A stretch of DNA of 36,316 bases, from positions 1 to 36,316 of IMG/VR virus record IMGVR_UViG_3300044676_001103. One strand, 5' to 3'. The position numbers and the translations under genes are program-made. The stretch is from a virus. Its lineage: Duplodnaviria > Caudoviricetes. Positions 24,801 through 34,502 of this stretch are shown piece after piece (the stretch's first letter is position 1; the number at the start of each line of letters is the position of its first letter). Under the pieces are notes generated by a model. The model was not told the DNA's origin. It searched no databases and worked only from the letters and a program-made list of their open reading frames with translations.

Positions 24801-26659
24801 TATTCTATAAATTTATCTCTACCACCCCATTCTCCAAAAATATTTTGATCAGGTGAAAATGATGTTTGAAATTCACTTAATGGTCTTAATGTAATTTTAG
24901 AATCTAATACTTTAGAATCTTGACCGTCTTTAATATAATCTTTGATATAATCTAGAAATTCATTAGTATCTATATTTTCACTATAAACAGCTCTTAACTC
25001 ATCAAGTATTACATTATCTTCAAAACCCATACGTGCTAACATCATCATTCTATTATCTACATTACGTAAAATATTTTTTTGTAATTGCCTTGCTACGTTG
25101 TCAATTCCTTTATCAGATAGCTTCACAGTAAACTGATCATTATTTACATCTATACTTGTAAAATTACGTTCTATTATATCTTTCATAGATAATGTTTGTG
25201 GTTCTTCACCTGGTCGAAGCGCATTGTATATATCATTAATTTCCTTTACAAATTCTTTTGTTTCGTAATCACTAGGATCTGTCATAAAATTCATACCTTC
25301 AGTAACTGTTATATAACTTAAAAAATCTTTTGGTTGCATAAATCCTTGTATTGTACGTGGATCACCAAAACCTAAACGCATATTTTTTATTACACTTTCA
25401 GCACTGCCTTGTATATTTGATCTATCTAATGGTATTAAGTCCATGCCCTTTTGTTCACGAACTATATTTGCAGCTTCAATTAATTGTGTAATATCTGATC
25501 TATTTTTTTTATTAATAATATTAAGTTGATCAAGTACACTTGCATAAGTACCTAATGTCTCTTCTGGTTTTCTTATTCCATATAAATATGGTGGATAGTC
25601 ATCAAATAAATTATCCATCATAGTTGACCTTAACAACTGTTTATCTTGTAATACTTGTGTTATCCATTCGCTGTGTCCAAATGCTAATTGAGTTTCGCCA
25701 TTTAATATACTTTTAACTGTTTTCCATTCAGCTTTAACAGCGTCATCTGCTGCTTTAGGTTGCCAATCCTGATCATATACATATACAAAAGTACCACCGA
25801 CATTTACACCATTAGTAGCTCTTGCGTCCCAATCATATCTATTGTATTTAGGAGTTAATGTACGCACTTGTGTAAACACATCATCAGCGTCAAGTCCTAC
25901 TTCTTCATATAATTCTTTTAAAGCGGTAAACTGCATAATCATTTGTTGTCTGTCTGTATTAGGATTCACTAAACCAAAAAATCTATCTGTTGGTCTAGCT
26001 CTGTCTTCCGTACCTTGTGTCCAATTTATATCTGCTTCTGCAAATAATTGCCCAGTTTCATCATCTACTATACCGCCAGGTAACGCCCAATCATTTCTAT
26101 GCGGACCACGTTTTCTTTTTATAAGTAATACTTCTAAAACACCTTCGTTTTTACGCATAACGACACCATCTGCTGTAGTTTTTTTAGTATTCCAATTATC
26201 CTTTACGTAATCATTAGTTATTTCTTTTACATCATCATCTGTAAATGGTTGGAATTGTAAACTTTCTCTTGCAAATCTTGAACTTGAAGGATCACCTTCG
26301 TAGTTGTAAAATCCTGAAGTTGTATCATCATCAATTTCAAATCCCATGCTTTTCCAAAAACTTCCACCGTATGGTGATTCTAAAGTTTTATCTAATAAAG
26401 TAATTGGTACATTTATTTCTTCTGATAATTTTTTCATAGCATTGACCATTTTTTTACCAATGCCTTTACCTTGTGCTTCTGGTTTTAAATAAAATGCTTC
26501 AACATATATTTCATCACCATTAACTATATTGCCTGATGTTAAATCAAAATGTAATCCACTACCATCTCCTGCTTCACTTGCAGTGTCATCTAAAAATTGT
26601 CCGTATTCTTCTTTAAGGTCGTCAAGAAGTTGCATAACCTTATCTTCTTTTTCGTCCAC
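21872..26659 (-). CDS. Polyvalent protein: GNAT acetyltransferase + Nudix hydrolase + ART-like module
   Basis: aa about 50-107 YLKPEAQGKGIGK..FWKSMGF. aa about 160-335 VLLIKRK..WALPGG..ELYEEVGL..AADDA..AEW..LAFGH. HGT (H676), G.VLYTT (Y735), Y746, GYEIT..GGG..HWVVGIIDP (aa about 1177-1202). Confidence 0.85.
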   Translation of the reverse strand: MDEKEDKVMQLLDDLKEEYGQFLDDTASEAGDGSGLHFDLTSGNIVNGDEIYVEAFYLKPEAQGKGIGKKMVNAMKKLSEEINVPITLLDKTLESPYGGSFWKSMGFEIDDDTTSGFYNYEGDPSSSRFARESLQFQPFTDDDVKEITNDYVKDNWNTKKTTADGVVMRKNEGVLEVLLIKRKRGPHRNDWALPGGIVDDETGQLFAEADINWTQGTEDRARPTDRFFGLVNPNTDRQQMIMQFTALKELYEEVGLDADDVFTQVRTLTPKYNRYDWDARATNGVNVGGTFVYVYDQDWQPKAADDAVKAEWKTVKSILNGETQLAFGHSEWITQVLQDKQLLRSTMMDNLFDDYPPYLYGIRKPEETLGTYASVLDQLNIINKKNRSDITQLIEAANIVREQKGMDLIPLDRSNIQGSAESVIKNMRLGFGDPRTIQGFMQPKDFLSYITVTEGMNFMTDPSDYETKEFVKEINDIYNALRPGEEPQTLSMKDIIERNFTSIDVNNDQFTVKLSDKGIDNVARQLQKNILRNVDNRMMMLARMGFEDNVILDELRAVYSENIDTNEFLDYIKDYIKDGQDSKVLDSKITLRPLSEFQTSFSPDQNIFGEWGGRDKFIEYLQTDRQLNFLSDVFDNEFMTMDPADFFLKYGETKDPPLNQRSSYIEDGVLNFQTNHGTPGPNENVLNFLYEVDKKYPNDDIASSLKRERPVFFDDKLNFVDPTKGKTGLVGPVLYTTTSPFIGVSYGTGSNDGYTPDQISQVIKEDIARFIVVNRGNAELIDDVLDIAKQNGLLIDLVYDDKLPNRNDLMEVVIKQVNGTDSLATANVANIRGSVNQENILKLNHSVLPGQGDPKLQSFWQEVMNEFDENWFLRDLQNGTRFVEGNIQPQFRDPVNRYKLAEDMIPYVALQKTRPIPGAENRSTLQSIFDAKMKGDPNYKPNFGEIVGTGGNLSGRLSDRNQTDLNYKFVLDEIQKGAPIVGFEDQEGYRHIANTFDQYHKYFRADISNEMQLLSDYINASLAIDNKDYTTAAKLLGIEFLDGEWVPVADNLNEAIKNSLDNNFKNSLTSYQNTKQASPGKVGSTVYNIQNAIKSALTLPGEISFEPEWNKNFNTVTRIEKWNNYYKENNLPAKVTAENVDDFLNTVQSYVTSDAGGDNINKAMLDRKIYTMAGNNGYEITLSSGGGFVGDSPHWVVGIIDPTNKLETNKPKTLQTEIINWAFMDEQDADDFYDLRNKDVRNLEDSDLKLISKYAHIDNLLDLNPSDEEVAKFDAAIKEKGVYTGYLDSMTSMGKENISVQIMIKQNAYMQAEAAGKLGQIPQEAVAAAANDLLTTVAQAPEEVRAKFYTGAINTMASLNKYVKPGLKNTLKYGGKALDTFDKWVLAPAAIDILASRMSGSGSQYETIGGALVDTMNRYEDDTSDSVIEMMYGNKNNPEVKNLLGVNVAYPVTQGVDYTKEKFKEYIYDNNVLGIQSIVEYIKPKAIEELKGIVNIAGLNDWVYKVKRDMVVEMLMKENSVPYTKENIDIYTKAYEENNPKEVDRFGKPLPENYDQSWSSTIPDNYLSRDFRTSERIRTGDRNRSGGGGSMVLAE

Positions 26660-28458
26660 TATCCTCCGATCATACGGTCAAATTGATCTATAGAACTAAA
26701 CAAATAACTTAGATCGTTACGTTCTTGTATACCTCTCTGTTGTGCTTGCAACTCTGGTTCAAATTTTTGTTCTGCAAAAGCTGCTAGTTCTTCACCTGCT
26801 GTTGATGGTATAGATATTTCTGTTGGCGCACCAGGAAATAATCTATTAGCTAAATCTAAATTCTTTTGATACTCTGCAGTGGCTGTATCGTAATCTTTAT
26901 CTGCTTGTATATAAAAGTCAGAAAACGCTACAAGTTCTGCGTCTGTAAGTTTACGTGTAACACCTGCAGATTTAAGTGCTGCGTCTATTTGATCTTTTAT
27001 AAATCCTGGTGATGGTGTTTGATACACTTTAGGTGTGAGTGGTGGTTTTTTAAAGTAACGTTCTTTTTCTGCATTTAGTTGTGTATATACATCTATCATG
27101 TTTAAGTTAGCGTCAACCATTGCACTATACATTGCACCTGCTGTTTTATCTTGCCATGCACCTTGCTCTAAGAAAAATTCTTCTACGCCTAAATAACCTG
27201 CTTGCATAAGATCTGTTTGTACAGCTTTTATTTCTTGTGGTGCTAATGAGATCCAGGATATTTTTTGTGTATTGTTTAGTCCTGGACCTTGACCTGATAT
27301 GTGATCTGTTGCACCATAAAACTGTTCTTCTGGAATACTACCTGCATATATCTGTTCTGGTAGTAATGCGTCTTTCATTTGTGACGCTGTAGGTTCTCCA
27401 TCTCTAAATGCGTCTGCTAAATCTGGTTGTTTGTATATTGCATAGTCTGGTGTAATACCACCAAATATGTCATACTCTGGCGCAGCAGCTAAACTTGTGT
27501 TGTAATCTAACCAACCATCTAATGCTGCTTGTGCAGAATCTTTAGTTCCTCCTGCAAATATTAATTCTTTTGTAGGATCTTCTGCTATCTCATCTTCTAG
27601 CAATAACAATTCATCTCTACTTAAAGTTTGCACTTCACCTACAGATGAACCGTCTGGTGTTTTAGTTCCTATAGCTACACTAAATGTATCTCCTATATCT
27701 ATGTCTGTATTAAATTTACCTTCAGAACTGTATGACTCTACAGCTTTTAAGTACTCACCATCTACTGGTTCCCATGTATTTGTTTCTTCATTCAATTTCA
27801 TTGCAGGTCTTGTTAATATAGTTGGTTTAGCAAAACCAGGATATTTTCTATAGTTTTTACCTTCTGTAGGATAAAAACCTTCACCTAAACTAACAGGTGG
27901 ATTGTTTCTAAAGTATTCATCTAAATCTTCTGTAACATATATTGTTCCGCCTTCACCTTGTGGTGGTCGTATAACAACACCTAATAATCCTGTATCTTCA
28001 TAAACTTTATCTAGTTTTGTATTTAGATAGTTGTAATATTCTTCTGAAGCACCTGGAGTACCTGCACCTTTTAAACCTGCTGCAATATCTAGTCCTGCGT
28101 ATATATCTTCGTTTCTTTTTTTATCTTCATCAGTCTGTGCTGTTTTCCAATCTGACACGCCATATAATTGTGATACTGCATTGTTTAATGCTTTATTAAA
28201 AGTATTTAGTGGTGTACGTGATGTTCTTCTTCTATCTACTTCTCCATAAGGTTCTTGAAATGATATAAGATCATTAGACATGTTTGCACCTACAGTGTCA
28301 TACACATTAAGTTCTGTGTAGACTTTTGCTATAAATACTTGATCTGGTACTTCTTCACTTACTAAATCTTGTAATATCTTTGTTATTTCTTCATCTGGTG
28401 CAAAACCTCTAAGTGCAATAATGCTATCTACAAAACCTTGCTTAAAATCTGTATCCAT
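26659..28458 (-). CDS. Putative ejection protein (599 aa) with peptidoglycan-binding-like motif
   Basis: EIKAVQTDLMQAGYL....G.W.DKT..AM resembles PG_binding_1 helices. Acidic. Coupled to both neighbours. Confidence 0.65.
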   Translation of the reverse strand: MDTDFKQGFVDSIIALRGFAPDEEITKILQDLVSEEVPDQVFIAKVYTELNVYDTVGANMSNDLISFQEPYGEVDRRRTSRTPLNTFNKALNNAVSQLYGVSDWKTAQTDEDKKRNEDIYAGLDIAAGLKGAGTPGASEEYYNYLNTKLDKVYEDTGLLGVVIRPPQGEGGTIYVTEDLDEYFRNNPPVSLGEGFYPTEGKNYRKYPGFAKPTILTRPAMKLNEETNTWEPVDGEYLKAVESYSSEGKFNTDIDIGDTFSVAIGTKTPDGSSVGEVQTLSRDELLLLEDEIAEDPTKELIFAGGTKDSAQAALDGWLDYNTSLAAAPEYDIFGGITPDYAIYKQPDLADAFRDGEPTASQMKDALLPEQIYAGSIPEEQFYGATDHISGQGPGLNNTQKISWISLAPQEIKAVQTDLMQAGYLGVEEFFLEQGAWQDKTAGAMYSAMVDANLNMIDVYTQLNAEKERYFKKPPLTPKVYQTPSPGFIKDQIDAALKSAGVTRKLTDAELVAFSDFYIQADKDYDTATAEYQKNLDLANRLFPGAPTEISIPSTAGEELAAFAEQKFEPELQAQQRGIQERNDLSYLFSSIDQFDRMIGG

Positions 28459-31400
28459 TAAATATCCTCTGTATCAGGTAACTGTGGTAAGTATACACCG
28501 TATTCTTTAAGTGTATCATAATCGTATTGCAAATCCTCTAAGAAATCTGTACGTTCCTGGAATAAAGGCAGTAACACACGTTCAGCTACAACCTGAAAAT
28601 CTGGATTACTATTTATTAATGTACCTATGAGATCACGTAATTGTTGTCTCTCTTTAAGTAATGTACGTGATGTACGCCAACCATTCTTAGATAATCCTGC
28701 TCTAAGTGATCGTTTTTCTAATGTATTAATTAAACTAAACACTACTTGTAAGTCTTTACCTACTGGTGTACCAGATAACTTAGGACTATTTTTCCAATCT
28801 TTAAGCTCTTCATACTGCATTTCTAATGTAGATGTTTGTGGTAATCCTGGTACTGTAGCGTCAAATCCAGGAAACTTTTGTTTAGCTAAATCTCTATGGA
28901 ATGCTAACTCTCTGTTACGTACTAGGTTTTGATACGGATCTGTTATATCGTATGTCTGTAAAGTAGATACACGCTTTTCTTCCATATAAAATTGACCTAA
29001 TCTTTGGTTACGTTTAGCTAACCATTCTTCTGGTTTTAGTGGTTCTCTTTGTTCATTAGCAATAGTTCTTACGTATGCTTCGTAGTCAAAAGGACCACCG
29101 CCGCCTTGTGGTATTGCATATTGTGCAGTAAATGAATACTGTTCAAATATCTCTGGATTTTCTTTTTGGAACTTAACACCACGCTCATCTACTGGTCTAG
29201 GTTCTACTACAACTGTTTTAGGTGTAGCTATGTCAATAGGATTAAATCCAAACTCATCTATAAAATATTTAGTAGCAGAATAGTTATCGCCAGGTGCATA
29301 TAAGAATCTACCTGTTATTTGATCTTTAGGTGGTGTTTCTAATAACTCTCTATACCTATCTGACAATATTTGTACAGAATACACATGACCTGCATTCTTT
29401 TCATTACCTACATCAAAACGTGGATTAAGTCCTACTGGACCAACAAACTGTGATATAGCTTTAATAAGTGTCAAATTTTTTGCAATAGATCGTGCTTCTT
29501 TCATTAACTCATCTTGTTGTGCTGCAGTTCTGTCATCTCTACCATCAGCTTTTAATATTCTGTACACATCAATAGTTGTGTTAGAAGCAATACGTGTTAT
29601 TTCGTTTTGACCTACATCTTCGTTATATGCGTACAATGCCTGATATGTATTACGTAACCATGCAGGTACACCTGCTGCAGCAATAAGATCTCCTGCAGAT
29701 CGTACATCTGGCAATCCATAAGGAAACAAAACTTTCTTAGCTTCGTCAAAGTTAGGACTTGCGTTTACAAAAAAGCTAGCAGGTATAGCAACTGCAGGAC
29801 CAATACCTGGTACTACTTCTAATGCTAAGTTAAGTGATCCTGCATAACCAGGTAATCTAACACCAACATTCCTATCTTCACCAAATAATCCATCAGATAC
29901 AAGATCATCTATAAGCGGATAATAAAATACTTCTTCACCAGTAACTTCATCTTCTCCTAAAAATCCTTCGCCTTCTACAGGACTAAATGGATTACTAGCA
30001 CGTGCAGCGTTAACTGTTACTTGACCTCTACGTAATATCTCTGGGTTTTCTTTTAATAGTTTTGCCCATGTAGTCATAATTTCTATATATGCTTCTCCGA
30101 ATGGAAATATACCACGTAAGTTATATGCAAGTTTTTTACGTTTAGTTAAGTCATACAATAGCTCTTGCACTTCTGTCAAAGCTCTAGCTTTTGCTATTCT
30201 ATCAATTAAATCAACGTCACCAGATTTATCTGTAAATCCTAGTAACTCTGCTTTTTCTTTCATGTTGTTATTAAATATATCTTGTACATCATCTATCTCT
30301 GATTCAATGTCAAATATATCTTCTGCTAAATCATCTACACGTTTTTTAACATTTGCAGGTACTATGTCATCTTCGTATGTAACTCCTGATCCGTATGTAC
30401 CAGTTATATCAAGTTCTAGTTTCATAAGTTCTTCTTGTTTATCTGTTAACTTCTCTTCTAGTCTTGATCGTTTTTTATTTAATGCTGTAGATAAATTCTC
30501 AAACTCTTCATCAAGATCTTCAAATCCTAAACCTAGTGATTTATCTTTTTCATTTAGTTCTTTTATTTTACGTTGAAACATATCTATGTTTATCTCTGTA
30601 TCTGCTTTACGTAGTTTTTGTGCAGGCAATCCTATGTCAGCTCTGAATGTAGCTAACATGTTTTCTCCAGGTAAACTTGCATTTAATGCGCCTGCAACTT
30701 TTATTTCTTTACCATCAATAGAATATGTACCACCTTCTAACATAACTTGTCTCATCTTGCCTGACATGTATGGAAGAAGATCGTATATAGTTCTCCAGTA
30801 TGCTTGTCTAAATACTGGTGATCTTGACGCGTTATCTGTTCTTTGTCCCATTAATGCGTCAAATGCTTTGTTTGTATAGAACTCTAATTTACCTACATCA
30901 TCTATGTAATCAGTTTTACCTACTGCAACAATATTTGGTAGATCATTAATATATTCATCAGACATTAATGTTTTTTTTACAGACTTGTATAATGTTTGAT
31001 CACCATTTTTTATACTGTCAAAAAAGTCATCTAATGTTTCATCAACATATTGTTTACCATCTATTCTGTTCAATCTGTTACGTAACAACATTTCAAGTAT
31101 GTTGCTATTTGCTGTTTTTTCTATTGACAATGGAAATGGTGTTTTAGCAAAATCTAATTCATCAATGTTTATTCTTTTACTTAAATCATCTAATACATCT
31201 AAATTTTGGTCAAAAGATCCACCTGCTAACTGATTTACTCTAGCTGTAATAGATTCTGCATACGCATATCTACCACCTGCAGTATTCATTCTTGATCTAT
31301 ATGTAGGTCCACCTGCACTGTATGCTTCTATAATGTCTTGCGCACGTGTGCTTGATCCTTCAACAAACTCTTTTAATCTAGTGTCTCTTTGTTTTTTAGT

Positions 31401-33842
31401 TAAAGCACCTCTGTATAAAAAGTTAAATAATCTGTCATAATGTAAATGTGCTATCTCACGTACGATACCATCATCAAAATACTTTTGTATAAGTCTAGGT
31501 TGTGTCTCCTGATTACGTAATGCGTCTTCTTTTGATACAACGTCCATAGGGTGAACACCAGGTTTTTTCTTTCTTTTACCTGCTCTGTATGCACCACCAA
31601 ATAAATGATCGAAGTTATTAGATCCATATCTACGTGAACTAGCTTGCTGCCACTCTAACGCTTCGTCTAATGGATTACCTAACAAATCTGCAAACTGTAC
31701 ATTTTTGCTAGTCCATCTTGCAGCTTCTGTCTTATTAGGTTTTTTAAGAAGTCCTAGTGATAATACAGACAATGGTCGTGAAAATATATTGTCATAACCA
31801 CGTGTATACATACGTAGCTGCTCTTCACCTACAACACGAAGTAACCAGGCACCACGTAACAATACAAATGGTTTCCAAAAGTCACCGTAGTAGCTGTCTA
31901 TAATTTTTGACATAGTACCTTGTCTGATATTAGAAGGTAATTTACTAAACATATCTATGCCTGCTTCTGACGCTTTTGCTCTAATTAATGACATAGAGTT
32001 CATAGCTTTTGCTAATTGCGTAGGATCAGGTAAAGGTATTGATCTATTAATAAATTCTGTTAGCAAGTGTGGATCTGGATTTACAAATGCTTTGTTATCT
32101 ATAATAGTTTGGCTTATCTTTGCACCTGGATTAGCAACGTTATTACCTGTCACTGCGTCTATGAAGTATGCACGTAACTCTGGTAAGTAATCTTCAAACA
32201 ATCTGCTAAAAGTAAATGCGTCTTCTTTGTTCACACCATATTTTTCTACTAAATCATCTGTAGCGTATGTAACCATATCTTTTACAACATTAAACATTCC
32301 TGTTTGATCGCCATCTTCTAGTCTTATAGCTCTGTTAATTATCTGGTCTTTAGCAACAGGATCTACAGTTGTTTGATCTAACCAACCTTTTATGTTAGTT
32401 ACTGCGTCATCTATTTGGTTACTATCAACATATCTGTACGGAAACTCTCCTGCGTATGTAGACAATATTCTTGCTGATCTATTAGGACTATCCATAAGTT
32501 TTGTCTTAATAACTTTTTTAGCACCAAATAATTTACCTGTACCTTTAGGTACGCCACCTAGTAACTCTTCTGTAGCACCACCTAAAAATCTACCTATAGC
32601 ACCTACTGTTGGTGCTTGACCTGTACCAAAAGGACCAAAAGGATCTTCTAAAAATTCTGTAATAAGATTAGACATAAGTTCACGTTTTTCATCTGCAGAT
32701 TTTGTAAAGTCTTGTGATATATCCATAAATGCTGCAATAGCTTCTCTATCTGTAATGCCAGTAAGTTCAATAAATTTATTAGGACTATCTAATTCTGACA
32801 TGTAATTTATAAGTTGTTTACCACCAGGATCTTTAGATAGGTAATTAGAAATAGATCTTCCAGACATAAACGGCAATCCCCAACCTTTATTAACTGCACC
32901 TATATATTCTTTTTGTGCTTTAGTTAATTTGTCAGGTTCTATTTTTTGTAATTCTTTTACAAGATAATCTGGCACTTTTAATGTTTTTCTACTTTTAGCA
33001 AAAGCACCTAATCCTAATGTCATATAGTTTGCAGGATCTAAGAATAATGCTTTACCTGCGTCTAATACACCAGATATAACATTAAATGGTCTGCTGTTTG
33101 GTTCTGCAACTTGTAATGCAATAGTTCTACCTAATGATATAGGTGCAGTACCGTATTGACTTGTAATAGTAAAGTTTTCATTACCTTCTTGCATTCTTCT
33201 ATCTATGTCAGTTATTGGTGTACCTAAATAATTTTGTATAACTTGTTGCGCTCTACCTTGATCAAATCCAGAACGTATCATGTACTGGTACTCATCATAA
33301 AATTTAGATTGTGGATTCTCTGGATCAAATACTTCTGACACTGGCAAAAATCCTTCACCTAAATTTACTTTAGAACCTTTGTTAAGTTCTCCTATAAGTT
33401 GTTTAACTGTTGACTTACCTGATTGTTTGTATGCTTCTTTAAATGTTAAATTTTCTGCTTTGTCACCAAACGTTGCAGCGATAAAAGAGTTAATAGGTCT
33501 ATCTACTGTTGTTCTATATAAATCTTCTAAACCTAAAAATCCCAAACGTACACCTGCTTGCAACGGATCAAAAACTTTATCTAATATTGTTTTGCTGTTT
33601 GATTGTGCAATCATCTTAGATATATCATTAAGAACTGTTGCTTCTGGTTTAACTTGTAAAGTTGTTAATGCAGTAATAACATCTGGTGAAAAGTTAGGAT
33701 ATGCTTGTGCAATAGAACTTGCACGCATAGCGTCTTCTTTACTTATAGATTGTTTAGCACGTTTATATGTTGCTTGTCTACGTTGTAGTTCTTGATAAAA
33801 CTCTTGCTCTTGTGCAGGATTATCTCTATGAAATTCTGCCAT
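28458..33842 (-). CDS. Giant internal virion/ejection protein (1794 aa)
   Basis: Size, helical composition, coiled coil, and LY....L..IFPF......W....ENP motif typical of large podovirus internal proteins. Confidence 0.75.
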   Translation of the reverse strand: MAEFHRDNPAQEQEFYQELQRRQATYKRAKQSISKEDAMRASSIAQAYPNFSPDVITALTTLQVKPEATVLNDISKMIAQSNSKTILDKVFDPLQAGVRLGFLGLEDLYRTTVDRPINSFIAATFGDKAENLTFKEAYKQSGKSTVKQLIGELNKGSKVNLGEGFLPVSEVFDPENPQSKFYDEYQYMIRSGFDQGRAQQVIQNYLGTPITDIDRRMQEGNENFTITSQYGTAPISLGRTIALQVAEPNSRPFNVISGVLDAGKALFLDPANYMTLGLGAFAKSRKTLKVPDYLVKELQKIEPDKLTKAQKEYIGAVNKGWGLPFMSGRSISNYLSKDPGGKQLINYMSELDSPNKFIELTGITDREAIAAFMDISQDFTKSADEKRELMSNLITEFLEDPFGPFGTGQAPTVGAIGRFLGGATEELLGGVPKGTGKLFGAKKVIKTKLMDSPNRSARILSTYAGEFPYRYVDSNQIDDAVTNIKGWLDQTTVDPVAKDQIINRAIRLEDGDQTGMFNVVKDMVTYATDDLVEKYGVNKEDAFTFSRLFEDYLPELRAYFIDAVTGNNVANPGAKISQTIIDNKAFVNPDPHLLTEFINRSIPLPDPTQLAKAMNSMSLIRAKASEAGIDMFSKLPSNIRQGTMSKIIDSYYGDFWKPFVLLRGAWLLRVVGEEQLRMYTRGYDNIFSRPLSVLSLGLLKKPNKTEAARWTSKNVQFADLLGNPLDEALEWQQASSRRYGSNNFDHLFGGAYRAGKRKKKPGVHPMDVVSKEDALRNQETQPRLIQKYFDDGIVREIAHLHYDRLFNFLYRGALTKKQRDTRLKEFVEGSSTRAQDIIEAYSAGGPTYRSRMNTAGGRYAYAESITARVNQLAGGSFDQNLDVLDDLSKRINIDELDFAKTPFPLSIEKTANSNILEMLLRNRLNRIDGKQYVDETLDDFFDSIKNGDQTLYKSVKKTLMSDEYINDLPNIVAVGKTDYIDDVGKLEFYTNKAFDALMGQRTDNASRSPVFRQAYWRTIYDLLPYMSGKMRQVMLEGGTYSIDGKEIKVAGALNASLPGENMLATFRADIGLPAQKLRKADTEINIDMFQRKIKELNEKDKSLGLGFEDLDEEFENLSTALNKKRSRLEEKLTDKQEELMKLELDITGTYGSGVTYEDDIVPANVKKRVDDLAEDIFDIESEIDDVQDIFNNNMKEKAELLGFTDKSGDVDLIDRIAKARALTEVQELLYDLTKRKKLAYNLRGIFPFGEAYIEIMTTWAKLLKENPEILRRGQVTVNAARASNPFSPVEGEGFLGEDEVTGEEVFYYPLIDDLVSDGLFGEDRNVGVRLPGYAGSLNLALEVVPGIGPAVAIPASFFVNASPNFDEAKKVLFPYGLPDVRSAGDLIAAAGVPAWLRNTYQALYAYNEDVGQNEITRIASNTTIDVYRILKADGRDDRTAAQQDELMKEARSIAKNLTLIKAISQFVGPVGLNPRFDVGNEKNAGHVYSVQILSDRYRELLETPPKDQITGRFLYAPGDNYSATKYFIDEFGFNPIDIATPKTVVVEPRPVDERGVKFQKENPEIFEQYSFTAQYAIPQGGGGPFDYEAYVRTIANEQREPLKPEEWLAKRNQRLGQFYMEEKRVSTLQTYDITDPYQNLVRNRELAFHRDLAKQKFPGFDATVPGLPQTSTLEMQYEELKDWKNSPKLSGTPVGKDLQVVFSLINTLEKRSLRAGLSKNGWRTSRTLLKERQQLRDLIGTLINSNPDFQVVAERVLLPLFQERTDFLEDLQYDYDTLKEYGVYLPQLPDTEDI

Positions 33843-34297
33843 TAGATATTACGCTGCGTTCTACCTATCTGCCTATCAGAAGCAAATTTTAGTAAACCTA
33901 AAAGTTCTGCAGTAGGATTAACTTCTGCCATTGCACGTATTAACATTACGTCATCTGGTTCTAAAAATTGGTCCTCCATTGGTGGACGTGAGTACGCATT
34001 TAAATCATCTTCTCCTGGTGCAAATACATCTGCGATACCAGGTGCTACTCCACCTAATTGTTGTGGTTGTGGTTGTGGTGCAGCAAATGTAGTTTGTGGT
34101 TGTTCTATGTTGCCTTGTCTAACTTGATCTACAAGTGCAGCTTCTTCTCCTGCTGATTCAGAAACCATACCTCTTACATCTTCTATTGTTGGTGCGGCAC
34201 CGTCAGTTCTTCTAGCTAATTTACCTGGTCCACTTACTGCAGCAGGTCTTTTAACTCCACCTCTTCTACCACGTTCTCTACTACTGCCATTCGCCAT
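33842..34297 (-). CDS. Conserved post-portal protein, start revised to 34297
   Basis: PAAVSGPGKLARRTDG motif recalled from actinobacterial podophages. AGGAGG RBS before ATG 34297. Confidence 0.75.
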   Translation of the reverse strand: MANGSSRERGRRGGVKRPAAVSGPGKLARRTDGAAPTIEDVRGMVSESAGEEAALVDQVRQGNIEQPQTTFAAPQPQPQQLGGVAPGIADVFAPGEDDLNAYSRPPMEDQFLEPDDVMLIRAMAEVNPTAELLGLLKFASDRQIGRTQRNI

Positions 34298-34502
34298 TAA
34301 AGTCCTCCTGTTTTCCAAAAAATATAATTAAGCCATTAGGTATGTATTGAACTATCATTCCTTGTGGCATATCAGATATTATTGGTTCATCTTCGTATAT
34401 TTCATCTTCGTAATCAGCAATTGCTTCTTCTGTTTTTTGCCATACATCAACTAAGCAGTTATTGACAATATCGCTAAATTCATAATCTAATGGTTTAGGC
34501 AC
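34281..34502 (-). CDS. Small acidic hypothetical protein, start revised to GTG 34502
   Basis: GGAGG about 10 nt upstream of the GTG. Overlaps the portal stop. Confidence 0.65.
   Translation of the reverse strand: MPKPLDYEFSDIVNNCLVDVWQKTEEAIADYEDEIYEDEPIISDMPQGMIVQYIPNGLIIFFGKQEDFNGEWQ

Noticed and set aside
28458-33842. Possible virion RNA polymerase (N4- or crAss-like) in the 1794-aa protein
   Set aside because: No DxDGD or T7-type polymerase motifs seen. Host-type promoters explain transcription.
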